From an uncultured Actinomycetes bacterium (GTDB lineage Bacteria; Actinomycetota; Actinomycetes; S36-B12; UBA10799): a DNA stretch of 64,000 bases. The position numbers were made by a program, and so were the translations under genes. This document shows, one piece after another, positions 39,235 to 49,078 of this stretch; position 1 is the stretch's first letter; every line of letters begins with the position of its first letter. The stretch is from positions 191,833 through 255,832 of the forward strand of contig CAWGCB010000007.1 in assembly GCA_963821045.1 (NCBI GenBank), given 5' to 3'. The notes beneath the pieces are model-generated. The model was not told the origin of the DNA, did no database searches, and was given only the letters and a program-made list of their open reading frames with translations.

Positions 39235-40338
39235 CTAGGAGGCCACCTGTTCCTTCTCTGCCCGGCGCTGCTGCAGGAAGAACGCGAACATCGAACCCAG
39301 GCCAGTAAGGATTTGCGGCAGGAACCAAACGAGGCGCCAGAGCAAGTCCGCTGCGAGGGCGAGTTCGGGGTCGCAGCCAAAGGCCTTCAGCATCGCGACG
39401 AGGGCAAGGTCGACCGTTCCTAGTCCACCCGGCGATATCGGGATAGACACGAGCAGTAGGGCAATGGAGTAGGCAGCGAAGATCTCGATCAGCGATAGGG
39501 AGCCGGGGAAGGCACCGAGTGCGGCCAGGGAGCAGACCAGGACCAGGAACGGCGTGAGTTGGGCGGCGGCGTTAGCTACCGTGATTGCCTTCCACCGCTT
39601 GGTTACCAAGTCGTAGGCGTGAATCCTGAACTCAACGAGCGCGTCGACGGTATTCGGTGGCTCCTTGTGAAACTTTCTGGCAACCGGCGCGATGAGCTTG
39701 TGAGCGAAGTTCCCGACCCACACCGCACCTGACTCGTTGCGAATGACAATCACGATCACGATGATCGAGATAATCACCGCGAGACCGCCGAGCAATGCGA
39801 TCGTTGCGTAGCCGACCGTGTTGCGACCCTCAAGGAACAGCAGCCCGATCGAGATTGCGGGCATGGCAAGTGTCAGGAGGTACACCCACACCGCGTCCGC
39901 ACTCACCGCCGCCGCGGCACGGGCGGGCAGGACCTTGTAAAAGTGCAGAATGCGATATTGAGCGGCAACCGCGAACGCTCCCCCGCCAGGGACGCCGGAA
40001 CTGATCACGAATCCGACCTGGCGCTCCACGAAGCCATGCCAGTACTTCAAACCTGGGACTGATACGAGAACTGTGTAGGGGTAAACGAAGATGTTGATCA
40101 GACCGGTCGCGATGATGGCAGCTACCCAGTACAACGGCATTGCAGCTAGTTCCTGAAACGCCTCGCTGTAGTTGCCCAGCTCAGGCAAAACGAGGAAGAA
40201 GATCCCCACCATCACTGCGGTGCCGAGCACCATTGTGATGATCAGGCGCTTCTTGCTGGGCTTAGCGCCAGATTCCGGAAGTTCGATAGCGGGTGTTTCG
40301 GGGGCAGAATCCTCAGCTGGTGAGACCTGATCCGCCAT
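39235..40338 (-). CDS. flippase-like / LPG_synthase_TM (UPF0104) membrane protein
   Basis: 367-aa polytopic ORF with a charged N-terminus followed by KKRLIITMVLGTAVMVGIFFLVLPELG. The architecture is typical of this family. Confidence 0.5.
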   Translation of the reverse strand: MADQVSPAEDSAPETPAIELPESGAKPSKKRLIITMVLGTAVMVGIFFLVLPELGNYSEAFQELAAMPLYWVAAIIATGLINIFVYPYTVLVSVPGLKYWHGFVERQVGFVISSGVPGGGAFAVAAQYRILHFYKVLPARAAAAVSADAVWVYLLTLAMPAISIGLLFLEGRNTVGYATIALLGGLAVIISIIVIVIVIRNESGAVWVGNFAHKLIAPVARKFHKEPPNTVDALVEFRIHAYDLVTKRWKAITVANAAAQLTPFLVLVCSLAALGAFPGSLSLIEIFAAYSIALLLVSIPISPGGLGTVDLALVAMLKAFGCDPELALAADLLWRLVWFLPQILTGLGSMFAFFLQQRRAEKEQVAS

Positions 40339-40392
40339 GTGACGAGACTTTATCCCCTGGCTCGCCTACGTCGCTGTATATGGCGCCCACCA

Positions 40393-41811
40393 TCAGCCCG
40401 GCCGAGGACTGCGAATAATCATAGATTCGGCCCGCAACTGTGCCTCGACGCCCTCTGGTACCAGCCCAACGTCAGATGGGGCACCAAGTAGCAGACGCCG
40501 CTCGCGGGGACTCACCACAACGAGCACAATAATGACCGCCGCAACCGCGAGCACCGCTAGCAGATCGGAGATCTGCAACAAGGAATCCTGCGTTGCGCTG
40601 GAAGTCACCAGTCCAAAGAGCGTGAAACCAGCGGTACCGACCAGTGCCACCCGCAGCTCGACTCGGCTCAAACCGGATGCGGCAAACAGCGGCAGGCTCC
40701 AGAGCAGATACCAGGGCTGCAGCACCGGCCCAAGCGCCACGAGCACGAAGAATGCCAACGCTGCCCCACGAACGGCGGTTCGCCCCTGTGGTTTGACGCA
40801 TAGCCACACCAGGATCACCAGCGTGGCGACGGTTCCAGCCGCCCGGGCAATGCCCACTGTGAGGTCCACGGTGTCAAAACCGAACAAGTCAATGAAGCCA
40901 CCCACTGCCATCCCTACCGCGGTGGGAGGTGACAGCCAGGTCCGCACTTCTCCCGGAGTCGACAGTGCGCTCAGCCATCCCAAACCGGTACCCGTGATGG
41001 CGGCGAACACCCCGAGCACCACGAGCGCGATCGCACCCGTCAGCAGCCATCGAATCACCACTTGCGTCCTCGTGGCGTTCGCGCCGGCCCAGATCAGGCC
41101 CACGAAAGGAAGCGCCACCAAGCCAATCGGTTTCACACCGCCGGCGAGCGTTGCCAGTAGCACTCCCAACAAGGGGAGTCTGGCCAGGGACACAGCGAAT
41201 GCCATGGCTACTAGTCCGGCCATCAGCGCGTCATTGTGAGCACCCGAGACAAAGTGCATGAGAACGAGCGGGTTCAAGACGCCAAGCCACAGCGCCTTGG
41301 ACGGCGAGATCCCCAACTGAAAAGCGATCTTCGGCACCGCCCACGCGAGCATCACGACTCCGGCAACGGCCAGCAGTCGCATGGTCAACGCCCCGCTGTA
41401 GGGGTGCGGTCCGGTGAACTGAACGACGCCACGCGACAGCAGCAACCAGAACTGCCCGTAGGGAGTTGGTGCCTCGGCCCACATCGGATCGACGCCGTCG
41501 TTGAACCATCCCGGGACTGCTGACGATCCGTTGGTGTAGGGATCGATTCCGGCCGCCATTAGCTTGCCCTGGGCAAAATAGGAGTACACATCGCGACTGA
41601 ACAACGGCGGCGCCAACATCAACGGAAGTGCCCACGCTCCAAGGGCCAGCCAGAGACGCCGGATGTCCGCAACACCGCCCTTTAGCACGTCGAAGCCAAG
41701 CAGCAGCCACGACTGAAGCAGCAGGGTGACCCCCAAGACAACGGCTCCCTTGGAGATCACCGCGCCCAATGTGGTGGAGCGCAGCGCGTCCACGACCGGT
41801 GAGTCAACCAA
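40393..41811 (-). CDS. polyprenol-phosphate-mannose-dependent alpha-(1,6)-mannosyltransferase, MptA/MptB (GT-C) family; N-terminus probably disrupted
   Basis: 472-aa polytopic ORF with the SRDVYSYFAQGKLMAAGIDPYT loop motif. The same frame stays protein-like upstream of the TTG start without any start codon (see finding at 41811..41981). Confidence 0.7.
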   Translation of the reverse strand: MVDSPVVDALRSTTLGAVISKGAVVLGVTLLLQSWLLLGFDVLKGGVADIRRLWLALGAWALPLMLAPPLFSRDVYSYFAQGKLMAAGIDPYTNGSSAVPGWFNDGVDPMWAEAPTPYGQFWLLLSRGVVQFTGPHPYSGALTMRLLAVAGVVMLAWAVPKIAFQLGISPSKALWLGVLNPLVLMHFVSGAHNDALMAGLVAMAFAVSLARLPLLGVLLATLAGGVKPIGLVALPFVGLIWAGANATRTQVVIRWLLTGAIALVVLGVFAAITGTGLGWLSALSTPGEVRTWLSPPTAVGMAVGGFIDLFGFDTVDLTVGIARAAGTVATLVILVWLCVKPQGRTAVRGAALAFFVLVALGPVLQPWYLLWSLPLFAASGLSRVELRVALVGTAGFTLFGLVTSSATQDSLLQISDLLAVLAVAAVIIVLVVVSPRERRLLLGAPSDVGLVPEGVEAQLRAESMIIRSPRPG

Positions 41812-42043
41812 CGTCGTGTCCAGCGGGAGCCAACCAACACCGAGTGCGCCGATTGCGATCAGGATAGTGGCGATGAATCCGGAACAACCGAGTGCAGAAC
41901 GAAGTCCAGCAGCGTGTGCGGGGCAGCTACCTGACCCTCACTGCGAGGCGATGGGATACGCCCACTGGATTCCTCTGACACGACCCCGAGGGTACTCGGC
42001 GCGGACCTCCCTGAGCGCCTCACACGACGCGAGAAGATGAGTT

Positions 42044-42953
42044 GTGGGCAAACGTCAACTAGCAGCGGCAGGGATCCAGAATCCGGCACTAGGCTTCTTA
42101 CGCGCACTGCCGCAAGCTGAATGCCGCGCACGGCAAGACGTACTACCTCGCAACTTTGTTGCTGCCTCCCAAGAAGCGCCCTTACGTCCACGCGCTGTAC
42201 GGATTCGCGCGCTACGCCGACGACATCGTTGACTCCCTTGACGACCGACCCGTGTCAGATCGCTCCGCCGCGCTGAGCGCTCTGGCGGATCGGTTCTTCC
42301 GAGATCTCTCCCAGGGGTCCTCCGACGACCTCGTTATCGCGGCCACGGTCGACACCGCGTTGCGCTGGAACATCGATACTGAGTACTTCGAAGCCTTCAT
42401 CGATTCGATGCAAATGGATCTGCACGTCGACCACTACGACACCTACGCTGACCTAGAACGCTACGTCTACGGGTCTGCGGCCGTAATCGGGTTGCAGATG
42501 GTGCCCATCCTGGAACCGAGCGATCCACGCGCCTATGAGCACGCGAAGGACCTTGGCATCTCCTTCCAACTCGCCAACTTCATCCGAGACGTTGGAGAAG
42601 ACCTCGAGCGGGGGCGCATCTACCTGCCGCTCGACGAACTTGCTGAGTTCGGAGTCAGCGCCGACGACGTGCGCGCTCGGGTCGTCACACCGCAGTTGCG
42701 GGCCGCGCTTGAGTTCCAGATCGCTCGAGTTCGCGATCTCGAGGCGAGGTCTCGGCCTGGCATTGCCATGCTCTCCCCCGACTCACAGCCCTGCATTGAG
42801 ACGGCCAGGATTTTGTACTGCGGCATCGTCGATGAAGTGGAGAACATCGACTACCAAGTATTTACCAACCGTGCGAAGGTTCCCCTAGGCCGTCGTTTGG
42901 CGGTCGCTCTTCCTGCCTGGAACGTAGCGCGGCGGGCCCGAACGCGGTTCTAG
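42044..42953 (+). pseudogene. crtB: phytoene synthase, frameshifted near 42089..42093
   Basis: The frame from GTG 42044 reads MGKRQLAAAGIQNPAL. The +1 frame then reads ASYAHCRKLNAAHGKTYYLATLLLPPKKRPYVHALYGFARYADDIVD... to 42953, with a TAG at 42090..42092 in the main frame. Only the two frames together give a canonical N-terminus. Confidence 0.7.
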
Positions 42954-43291
42954 CTGCACGCCTCGGCGCCCCCAGAATACCCAGAACACCAACGTCAGCA
43001 AGACCAGCGAGAAGCCGAACATTAGGTCCTCAACTGGGGCAAACATGATCCGACCGTCACCGAACATCGCGGGTGCTTGGTCAACCGGAGTAGACCCCCG
43101 ATGATGACCTCGCCGTCATATCGAACGATCCGGAACCCGGTTAGCACCCCGTTGGTGACCAACTGAAAAAAGACGATGATGGCGTAGGACGTCCAGAAGA
43201 TCCTTCGAGTGATCAGCCGGGTACGCATCACGTAGAGGTCGATCACAACCACGGCGGCTATCGAGAGCACAGCGAGCAAGGTGTAGCTCAT
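42885..43291 (-). pseudogene. lycopene cyclase domain subunit (CrtYc-like), frameshifted at a C5/G5 run (43095..43099)
   Basis: From ATG 43291 the gene reads MSYTLLAVLSIAAVVVIDLYV...RIVRYDGEVIIGG and then loses similarity. The other frame carries the conserved C-terminal block RIMFAPVEDLMFGFSLVLLTLVFWVFWGRRG. Confidence 0.6.
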
Positions 43292-43637
43292 CGCACATCC
43301 GAAGTAGCCGGTGCTTCGTCGCCTACCGGCCAACCTTTGACTGAGCGAACGGCCTCGAGCGTCAGGATCGCGCAAATGGGGATGACGAAGAAGAACAGCA
43401 GCTCATCTAATGGCAGGCCGCCGGGAAGCAGAATCCCCGTTGTGCTCGTCTCATCGAAGGTCCAATGCCCACTAGCAATCGCGTACAGGTCCCACAGTAC
43501 GAACAGGACGACCACCGGCAGCAACGTCAGCAGCAAGCGCACCAGCGTCGGTAGACCCGAGTTCGCAGGACAATCTCGAGCCATCCAGTCCCAATCAAGC
43601 AAAAAGCAAGCACGCCCAAATACGCGAGGTTGCTCAT
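43288..43637 (-). pseudogene. lycopene cyclase domain subunit (CrtYd-like), probable frameshift near 43540..43545
   Basis: ATG 43637 opens the hydrophobic MSNLAYLGVLAFCLIGTGWLEIVLRTRVYRRW and stops after 37 codons. The neighbouring frame continues VRLLLTLLPVVVLFVLWDLYAIASGHWTFDE...LPLDELLFFFVIP. The stop overlaps the CrtYc-like start (ATGA). Confidence 0.55.
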
Positions 43638-43803
43638 AGGTCAACGCTAACTTCAACTGATCGCCCTGCTCGGCCCTGGGTCCGCCAACACGGCGCCAGC
43701 CGATACTTCAGAAGTTGACAAGTCGGTCGCCGCCAGCCAGAAAAGACGCGCGCGGGGGCCTTCACCTGCTCCTTTCGCGGCGGGTAGTTCGTACACTCGA
43801 CCT

Positions 43804-45684
43804 GTGAGTACCCCATCGCAACCGCTGATTGGGGCCATCATCGACGGCCGATATCGCGTCGATGCATTGGTCGCGCGCGGCGGTATGGCGACCGTGTATC
43901 GCGCCACTGACCTGCGCCTCGAGCGCACTGTGGCGCTCAAAGTCATGCACGGGTCCTTGGCGGAGGACCACGACTTCGTCGCCCGATTCGTGCGCGAGGC
44001 GCGTTCGGCAGCGCAACTGACCCACCCGGCAATTGTCGCTGTTTACGACCAGGGCGAATCCGACGGATTTGTCTACCTCGCGATGGAGTACGTAGAAGGG
44101 CAGACGCTGCGCGACGTCCTCAACGACCGCGGCCGACTCACCGCACCGCAAGCCCTTGCCGTCCTTGAGCCGATCCTTGAGGCCCTGACGGCGGCTCATG
44201 CGGCCGGGTTCGCGCACCGCGACATCAAGCCCGAGAATGTCCTGCTCGCGACGGACGGACGGGTGAAGGTCGCCGACTTCGGACTCGCCCGAGCAATCAT
44301 GACAACGAACGCCTCCGGACTGACCCAGGGGCTACTAATCGGCACGGTCGCCTACTTGGCACCGGAACAGGTCGAGCGAGGTCACGCCGATGCTCAGACA
44401 GATGTCTACTCCGCCGGCATTCTGCTCTACGAATCGGTAGTCGGCCAGCCGCCATTTTCGGGCGAGACACCGCTGTCCGTGGCGTACCAACACGTCCACT
44501 CCCACGTTCCCGCACCGTCGGCCATCCGCGCGCAGATACCAAGCCAGATCGACGAGCTGGTTGCCATCGCGACGGCCCAGGACCCCAAAGATCGGTACCA
44601 AGACGCGTCTGACTTTGCCGCACATCTGCGCACCCTGCGAGCGGAACTGCCCAGCGAGGGCGAGTTCGGCGCTGGAGAGAGTGACGACCAAGCTCAACAC
44701 CACACAGTCATCCTGGATGCATCCTCGCCCACTATCTCCGCCAGAACCTATCCGCAGCAGACAACACCTGGCCTCAATGCTGCCACTGTGACGACTGCTA
44801 CTGCCCCACCCGCAGCCCAGACATCCCCCACGCTTGTAACACCGGCTCCCGCCGTTGCGCCGATGGTCGGCCCGCCTGGCGGCCCGTGGGTGAGCGACGC
44901 GCCGTCACCTGCACCGTCCGCGCCCCACCCATCCGACGTAACAGCGGCCATGCCGCCAAGCGATCAACCACCCGAACCGCTGGCGACCAAACGACGTCCA
45001 CGCCGCTTCAGAGTGTTGATCGCCATCTTGATCCTCACACTGCTCGGGACGATCGCCGGATTCGGCGCTTGGGCTTACACAACCAGCCAACTGGTCACGA
45101 TGCCGACGCTAGTTGGATTGACGCCGAGTGCCGCGTCAACGGTGCTGGAACCTGACGGCGTCACACTGCAGGTCACTGGTGAGAACTTCAGTGCCGCAGT
45201 TCCTAAAGGGGCGATCGTGTCCACGGAGCCCTCCGCCGGGTCCCAGATTACGCGGGGCGACACTGTGAGCGCAGTGACGTCGGCAGGACCGCAAATGGTG
45301 GATATCCCGAATCTAGTGGGAAAGAAGCAGTCCAAGGCCGAATCGAACCTGCGAGCGCTTGGATTCCCCTTCACGGTCAGTGAAGAGTTCTCCGATTCGG
45401 TGGCGACCGGACGGGTAATTTCTAACTCGCCCAAGTCTGGCAAGTCGGTTCCGGTAGGCACTGACGTGTCATTCGTCGTGTCCAAGGGGCCACCCCCGGT
45501 CACTGTGCCCAACGTCGTCGGTTCGGGCCAGGACTCAGCAGTGGCGCAGCTTCGGGCACTCGGCCTGCGACCAGTGGTCAGCAACCAGTTACCGGTAGTC
45601 GTGATCGGCCGCGTCTACAGCCAAGACCCCGGACCCGGCACGGTCGTCCCGAAGGGCACAACGATCAATCTGACGGTCGTCTAA
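43804..45684 (+). CDS. Ser/Thr protein kinase with extracellular PASTA repeats (PknB/PknL family)
   Basis: 626-aa ORF with Hanks kinase motifs (VALKVM, HRDIKPENVLL, DFGLAR, APE), a Pro-rich linker, one TM helix and three PASTA-like repeats. Confidence 0.85.
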   Translation: MSTPSQPLIGAIIDGRYRVDALVARGGMATVYRATDLRLERTVALKVMHGSLAEDHDFVARFVREARSAAQLTHPAIVAVYDQGESDGFVYLAMEYVEGQTLRDVLNDRGRLTAPQALAVLEPILEALTAAHAAGFAHRDIKPENVLLATDGRVKVADFGLARAIMTTNASGLTQGLLIGTVAYLAPEQVERGHADAQTDVYSAGILLYESVVGQPPFSGETPLSVAYQHVHSHVPAPSAIRAQIPSQIDELVAIATAQDPKDRYQDASDFAAHLRTLRAELPSEGEFGAGESDDQAQHHTVILDASSPTISARTYPQQTTPGLNAATVTTATAPPAAQTSPTLVTPAPAVAPMVGPPGGPWVSDAPSPAPSAPHPSDVTAAMPPSDQPPEPLATKRRPRRFRVLIAILILTLLGTIAGFGAWAYTTSQLVTMPTLVGLTPSAASTVLEPDGVTLQVTGENFSAAVPKGAIVSTEPSAGSQITRGDTVSAVTSAGPQMVDIPNLVGKKQSKAESNLRALGFPFTVSEEFSDSVATGRVISNSPKSGKSVPVGTDVSFVVSKGPPPVTVPNVVGSGQDSAVAQLRALGLRPVVSNQLPVVVIGRVYSQDPGPGTVVPKGTTINLTVV

Positions 45685-45734
45685 TCGGTTGTCTAATCGG
45701 TTGTCTGAACGGTTGTCTGACCGGTTGTCTAATC
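45675..45734. repeat. 12-mer tandem repeat x5 (GGTYGTCTRAHC) spanning the kinase stop codon
   Basis: The units are GGTCGTCTAATC, GGTTGTCTAATC, GGTTGTCTGAAC, GGTTGTCTGACC and GGTTGTCTAATC. The first contains the kinase stop, and every unit carries an in-frame TAA or TGA. Confidence 0.9.
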
Positions 45735-45751
45735 GGGCGAATGTTGCCTCG

Positions 45752-47167
45752 CTACTCGCCGAGGATCTCCGCGACCATAAAGGCCAGTTCCAGCGACTGC
45801 TCTCGATTGAGGCGTGGGTCGCACGCAGTCTCGTAGCGATCCGCGAGCTGATGCTCTTCGATGCCAAATGAGCCACCTACGCACTCGGTGACATCGTCTC
45901 CCGTGAGCTCAATGTGCATACCGCCTGGATTAGAGCCAAGTCCACGATGGACCTCAAAGAAGCCCCGCACCTCATCGATTACGTCGTCGAACTGTCGCGT
46001 CTTGTGACCAGAGGATGATGTCTGGGTATTGCCGTGCATCGGATCGCATACCCAGGTGACCTGATGCCCGCTCGCCTCGACCTTTGAGACGATGCCCGGC
46101 AAGACGTCCCGCACCGTGGCGGCGCCCATTCGGGTAATCAGCGTCAATCGGCCAGGTGAGCGGTCTGGATCAAGGCGCTCAAGGAGACGCAGAGCGTCGT
46201 CAGGCTCGGTTTTGGGACCGATCTTCACTCCGACCGGGTTGTGGATGGTCGCTGCGAAGTCGACATGGGCACCGAGCGGATCGCGCGTACGCTCCCCGAT
46301 CCATAGGAAGTGTCCGGATACCGAGTACGGGTTCCCGGTGCGGGAGTCAATACGGACTAGCGGCTTCTCGTAGTCGAGCACCAGGGCCTCGTGGGCCGCG
46401 TAGAACTCAACCCGACGGAACTCCTCGGGATCCGCGCCGCACGCCTCCATGAAAGACAGTGCCCGATCGATATTCCTGGCCCAGCGTTCGTACCGTTGAC
46501 CGGCCTGGCTGTCGCGCACGAAGTCTTGATTCCAGGCATGTACCTGCCGGAGGTCGGCGTAACCGCCCTGGGTGAACGCGCGAACAAGGTTCAGCGCTGC
46601 CGCGCTCGCGTTGTAAGCCTCAATGAGCCGTCTGGGGTCCGGGCGGCGAGCGTCGACATCGAAGACCAGTTCGTTGACGCCGTCACCGAGGTAAGAGTTA
46701 GCTGTGACGCCGTCGCGAACTTCGGTGGGCGCTGAGCGCGGTTTGAAGTACTGACCGGCCATCCGACCGACCTTCACGACCGGCATCTGGGCGCCGTACG
46801 TCAGCACGACTGCCATCTGCAGGACAGTCTTGAGTCGTGCTCGAATCGAGTCCGCAGTATTAGCTGCGAACGTCTCGGCGCAGTCGCCGCCCATCAGCAC
46901 AAAAGCCTCACCCCGCGAAACGGCGGCCAGATGCTCGGTCAGCTGATCACATTCACCCGCGAATACCAAAGGTGGGCGCGTCTCAAGCTCACGACGAACC
47001 ATCTCTAGTTCAGCGGCCTGCGGCCAAATGGGCTGATGTGCGGCTGGCAGGTCCGGCCAGGAAAGTGTCGCGCTCGGATCGGGTAGCTGTGCCTGCAGAT
47101 GTGCCGACGCTCCGGCAGACGCATTGGGCGGAAGAGCGGGGAACGAAGGGCTCACGGGTGGTGTCAC
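45752..47167 (-). CDS. aroG: class II 3-deoxy-7-phosphoheptulonate (DAHP) synthase
   Basis: 471-aa ORF with the class II pattern (FVLMGGDCAETF, KPRSAPTE, IGERTR, HGNT). Confidence 0.85.
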   Translation of the reverse strand: MTPPVSPSFPALPPNASAGASAHLQAQLPDPSATLSWPDLPAAHQPIWPQAAELEMVRRELETRPPLVFAGECDQLTEHLAAVSRGEAFVLMGGDCAETFAANTADSIRARLKTVLQMAVVLTYGAQMPVVKVGRMAGQYFKPRSAPTEVRDGVTANSYLGDGVNELVFDVDARRPDPRRLIEAYNASAAALNLVRAFTQGGYADLRQVHAWNQDFVRDSQAGQRYERWARNIDRALSFMEACGADPEEFRRVEFYAAHEALVLDYEKPLVRIDSRTGNPYSVSGHFLWIGERTRDPLGAHVDFAATIHNPVGVKIGPKTEPDDALRLLERLDPDRSPGRLTLITRMGAATVRDVLPGIVSKVEASGHQVTWVCDPMHGNTQTSSSGHKTRQFDDVIDEVRGFFEVHRGLGSNPGGMHIELTGDDVTECVGGSFGIEEHQLADRYETACDPRLNREQSLELAFMVAEILGE

Positions 47168-47304
47168 GGCCCAAGCGTAACGCGAGCCTGGCGGGCCGTG
47201 CCCGATGCATTTCCCCTCCAGGCACTATCGGGGTGAGCTAGCGCGAGCCGAAACACCCCCTCCGATGCCGCCGGTGGGCCCCGTTCCGTGCGAACCTTTC
47301 GGCT

Positions 47305-49078
47305 ATGTCTTGGGACGCCTGGGTGACGGTCGCCGTCATCGTCGCTGTTCTAGCCTTGCTGATTCGAGGTCGCACCTCGCCAGCACTCGTTGTGCTCGGC
47401 GGATCAGTCGCCTTGCTGGCCTTCGGTGTGATCAATACCGAACAAGCACTCAGTGGGTTCTCGAATCCCGCACCGTTCACTGTCGCGGCGCTCTACATCG
47501 TCGCTGCCGCCGTGCAAAAGACGGGAGCCCTCACGCCCCTGCTGCATCGGGCACTGGGCAACCGAACCGGCAGTGCGACGCCCCATCCTGCGCCTAGCTG
47601 TCCCGGCCGCTGGCGCATCAGCATTCCTGAACAACACCCCGATCGTCGCCATGCTGATCCCCGAGGTGCAAAGTTGGGCCGAGCGGCACAAGATATCCAT
47701 CTCAAAACTACTGATGCCGCTGTCGTTTGCAGTCGTGCTGGGCGGAACCGTCACGATCATCGGCACCTCGACGAACCTGGTGGTCTCTGGCCTAATGCAG
47801 TCCAGCGGGATGGGGTCGCTCGGATTCTTCGAGATTGGCAGAGTTGGCCTGCCCATCGCCGTCATCGGCATCGCCGTAATGGTTATTTTGGCGCCCCTAG
47901 TGCTGCCTGCACGACGTTCAGTCAAAACCGAGTTGGCTGAACAGTCAAAGTCCTTTTACGTGGAAATGGTAGTGACTCCCGGCGGCCAAATGGATGGGGC
48001 AACGGTAGAGGCGGCCGGCTGTTCTAGACCTAGAAGGCGTGTTCCTCACATCCATCGATCGAGGCGACACTGTCATCGCACCAGTAAGCCCGCGCACTAT
48101 TCTGCGAGCCGGAAACCGCCTTCGCTTCGCTGGCCAAGCCAACAAGGTCCTCGACCTGACAGAGCGCCGGGGGTTGGAATCGGCCGAATCCGAACACGTC
48201 ATGAGCCTGGAAGATCCGGCGATCCGGTACTACGAGGCGGTGATCGGTTCCGTTCCCCACTGGTGGGCCACAGTCTGAAGGATGTCGGCTTTCGAAGTAC
48301 GTACCAGGCAGCCGTTGTGGCCATCCACCGCGACGGCGACCTGGTCGATGCAAAACTCGGGCAGGTCCGACTGCGGGTCGGCGACACACTGATCGTCCTA
48401 GCTGACCCCGGGTTCAAGGATCGTTGGTCCAACCGGGACGACTTCCTGCTCATCGCGTCGATGGACTCCGCCCCCTCGTTGCCGGTCCCGACGTCCAAAG
48501 CACTACTGGCGATTGGCGTTCTGGCCGCGATTGTCCTGCTGGCGGTCTTCAATGTCGTGCCGATCCTGGTTGGTGCGCTGGTCGGTGCGGTTGCACTTGT
48601 CACCTTCAACGTGATCTCCTCCGCCGAGGCGAGGAGATCAGTGGATCTAGAGGTCGTTGTCATCATCGCGGCAGCGTTCGGTCTGGCTGCAGCTATGGAG
48701 ACCTCAGGTCTTGCGCAAACTGTTGCCAACGGCATCGTCTACGCCTTCGGGGGCTGGGGCGATCGAGGCACGTTGCTGGGCATCATCTTGGCGACCGTCA
48801 TTCTTACTGAAATGATCACCAACAATGCCGCTGCCCTGCTGATGTTCCCGATTGGCATCACCATCGCCGCCAACACAGACCTGTCGCCGGTGGGTGTGGC
48901 GATTGCGATCGCGGTTGCGGCGTCAGCGTCGTTCCTTACACCGATCGGGTACCAAACCAACACCATGGTCTACGGCCCCGGCGGCTACCGCTTTGGTGAT
49001 TACGCGCGCCTCGGACTCCCCCTGACGATCATCGTCGTATCGATGCTGGTGTGGCTCGTACCGATAATGTGGACGTGA
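47305..49078 (+). pseudogene. SLC13/DASS-type permease with internal TrkA-C domains, at least three frameshifts
   Basis: Four consecutive frame segments tile one protein. They read MSWDAWVTVAVIV...LLHRALG; RRPILRLAVPAAGASAFLNNTPIVAM...DGATVEAAG; LEGVFLTSIDRGDTVIAPVSPRTILRAGNRLRFAG...YYEAVIGS; and PLVGHSLKDVGFRSTYQAAVVAIHRDG...LTPIGYQTNTMVYGPGGY. Breaks lie near 47545..47585, 48014..48030 and the C-run 48255..48258. Confidence 0.75.

Noticed and set aside
43656-43656. The TTG at 43656 as the genuine start of an intact 122-aa cyclase subunit, meaning no frameshift.
   Set aside because: Its first 40 or so residues (MKLALTYEQPRVFGRACFLLDWDWMARDCPANSG) are not membrane-like. The ATG 43637 frame gives the hydrophobic first helix expected for a lycopene cyclase domain. 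This remains the least certain of the frameshift calls.
45675-45734. The 12-mer array as a miniature CRISPR, or the ORFs across it (45589..45876 minus, 45689..45871 plus) as repeat proteins.
   Set aside because: The units are contiguous with no spacers and far too short for a CRISPR array. The ORFs exist only because of the repeat and lie between two convergent genes.
47305-49078. Reading 47305..47940 and 47453..49078 as two overlapping independent genes.
   Set aside because: Large parts of both ORFs are Arg/His-rich nonsense. Only alternating segments match the SLC13/TrkA-C family, and those segments tile one protein, so this is one frameshifted gene.
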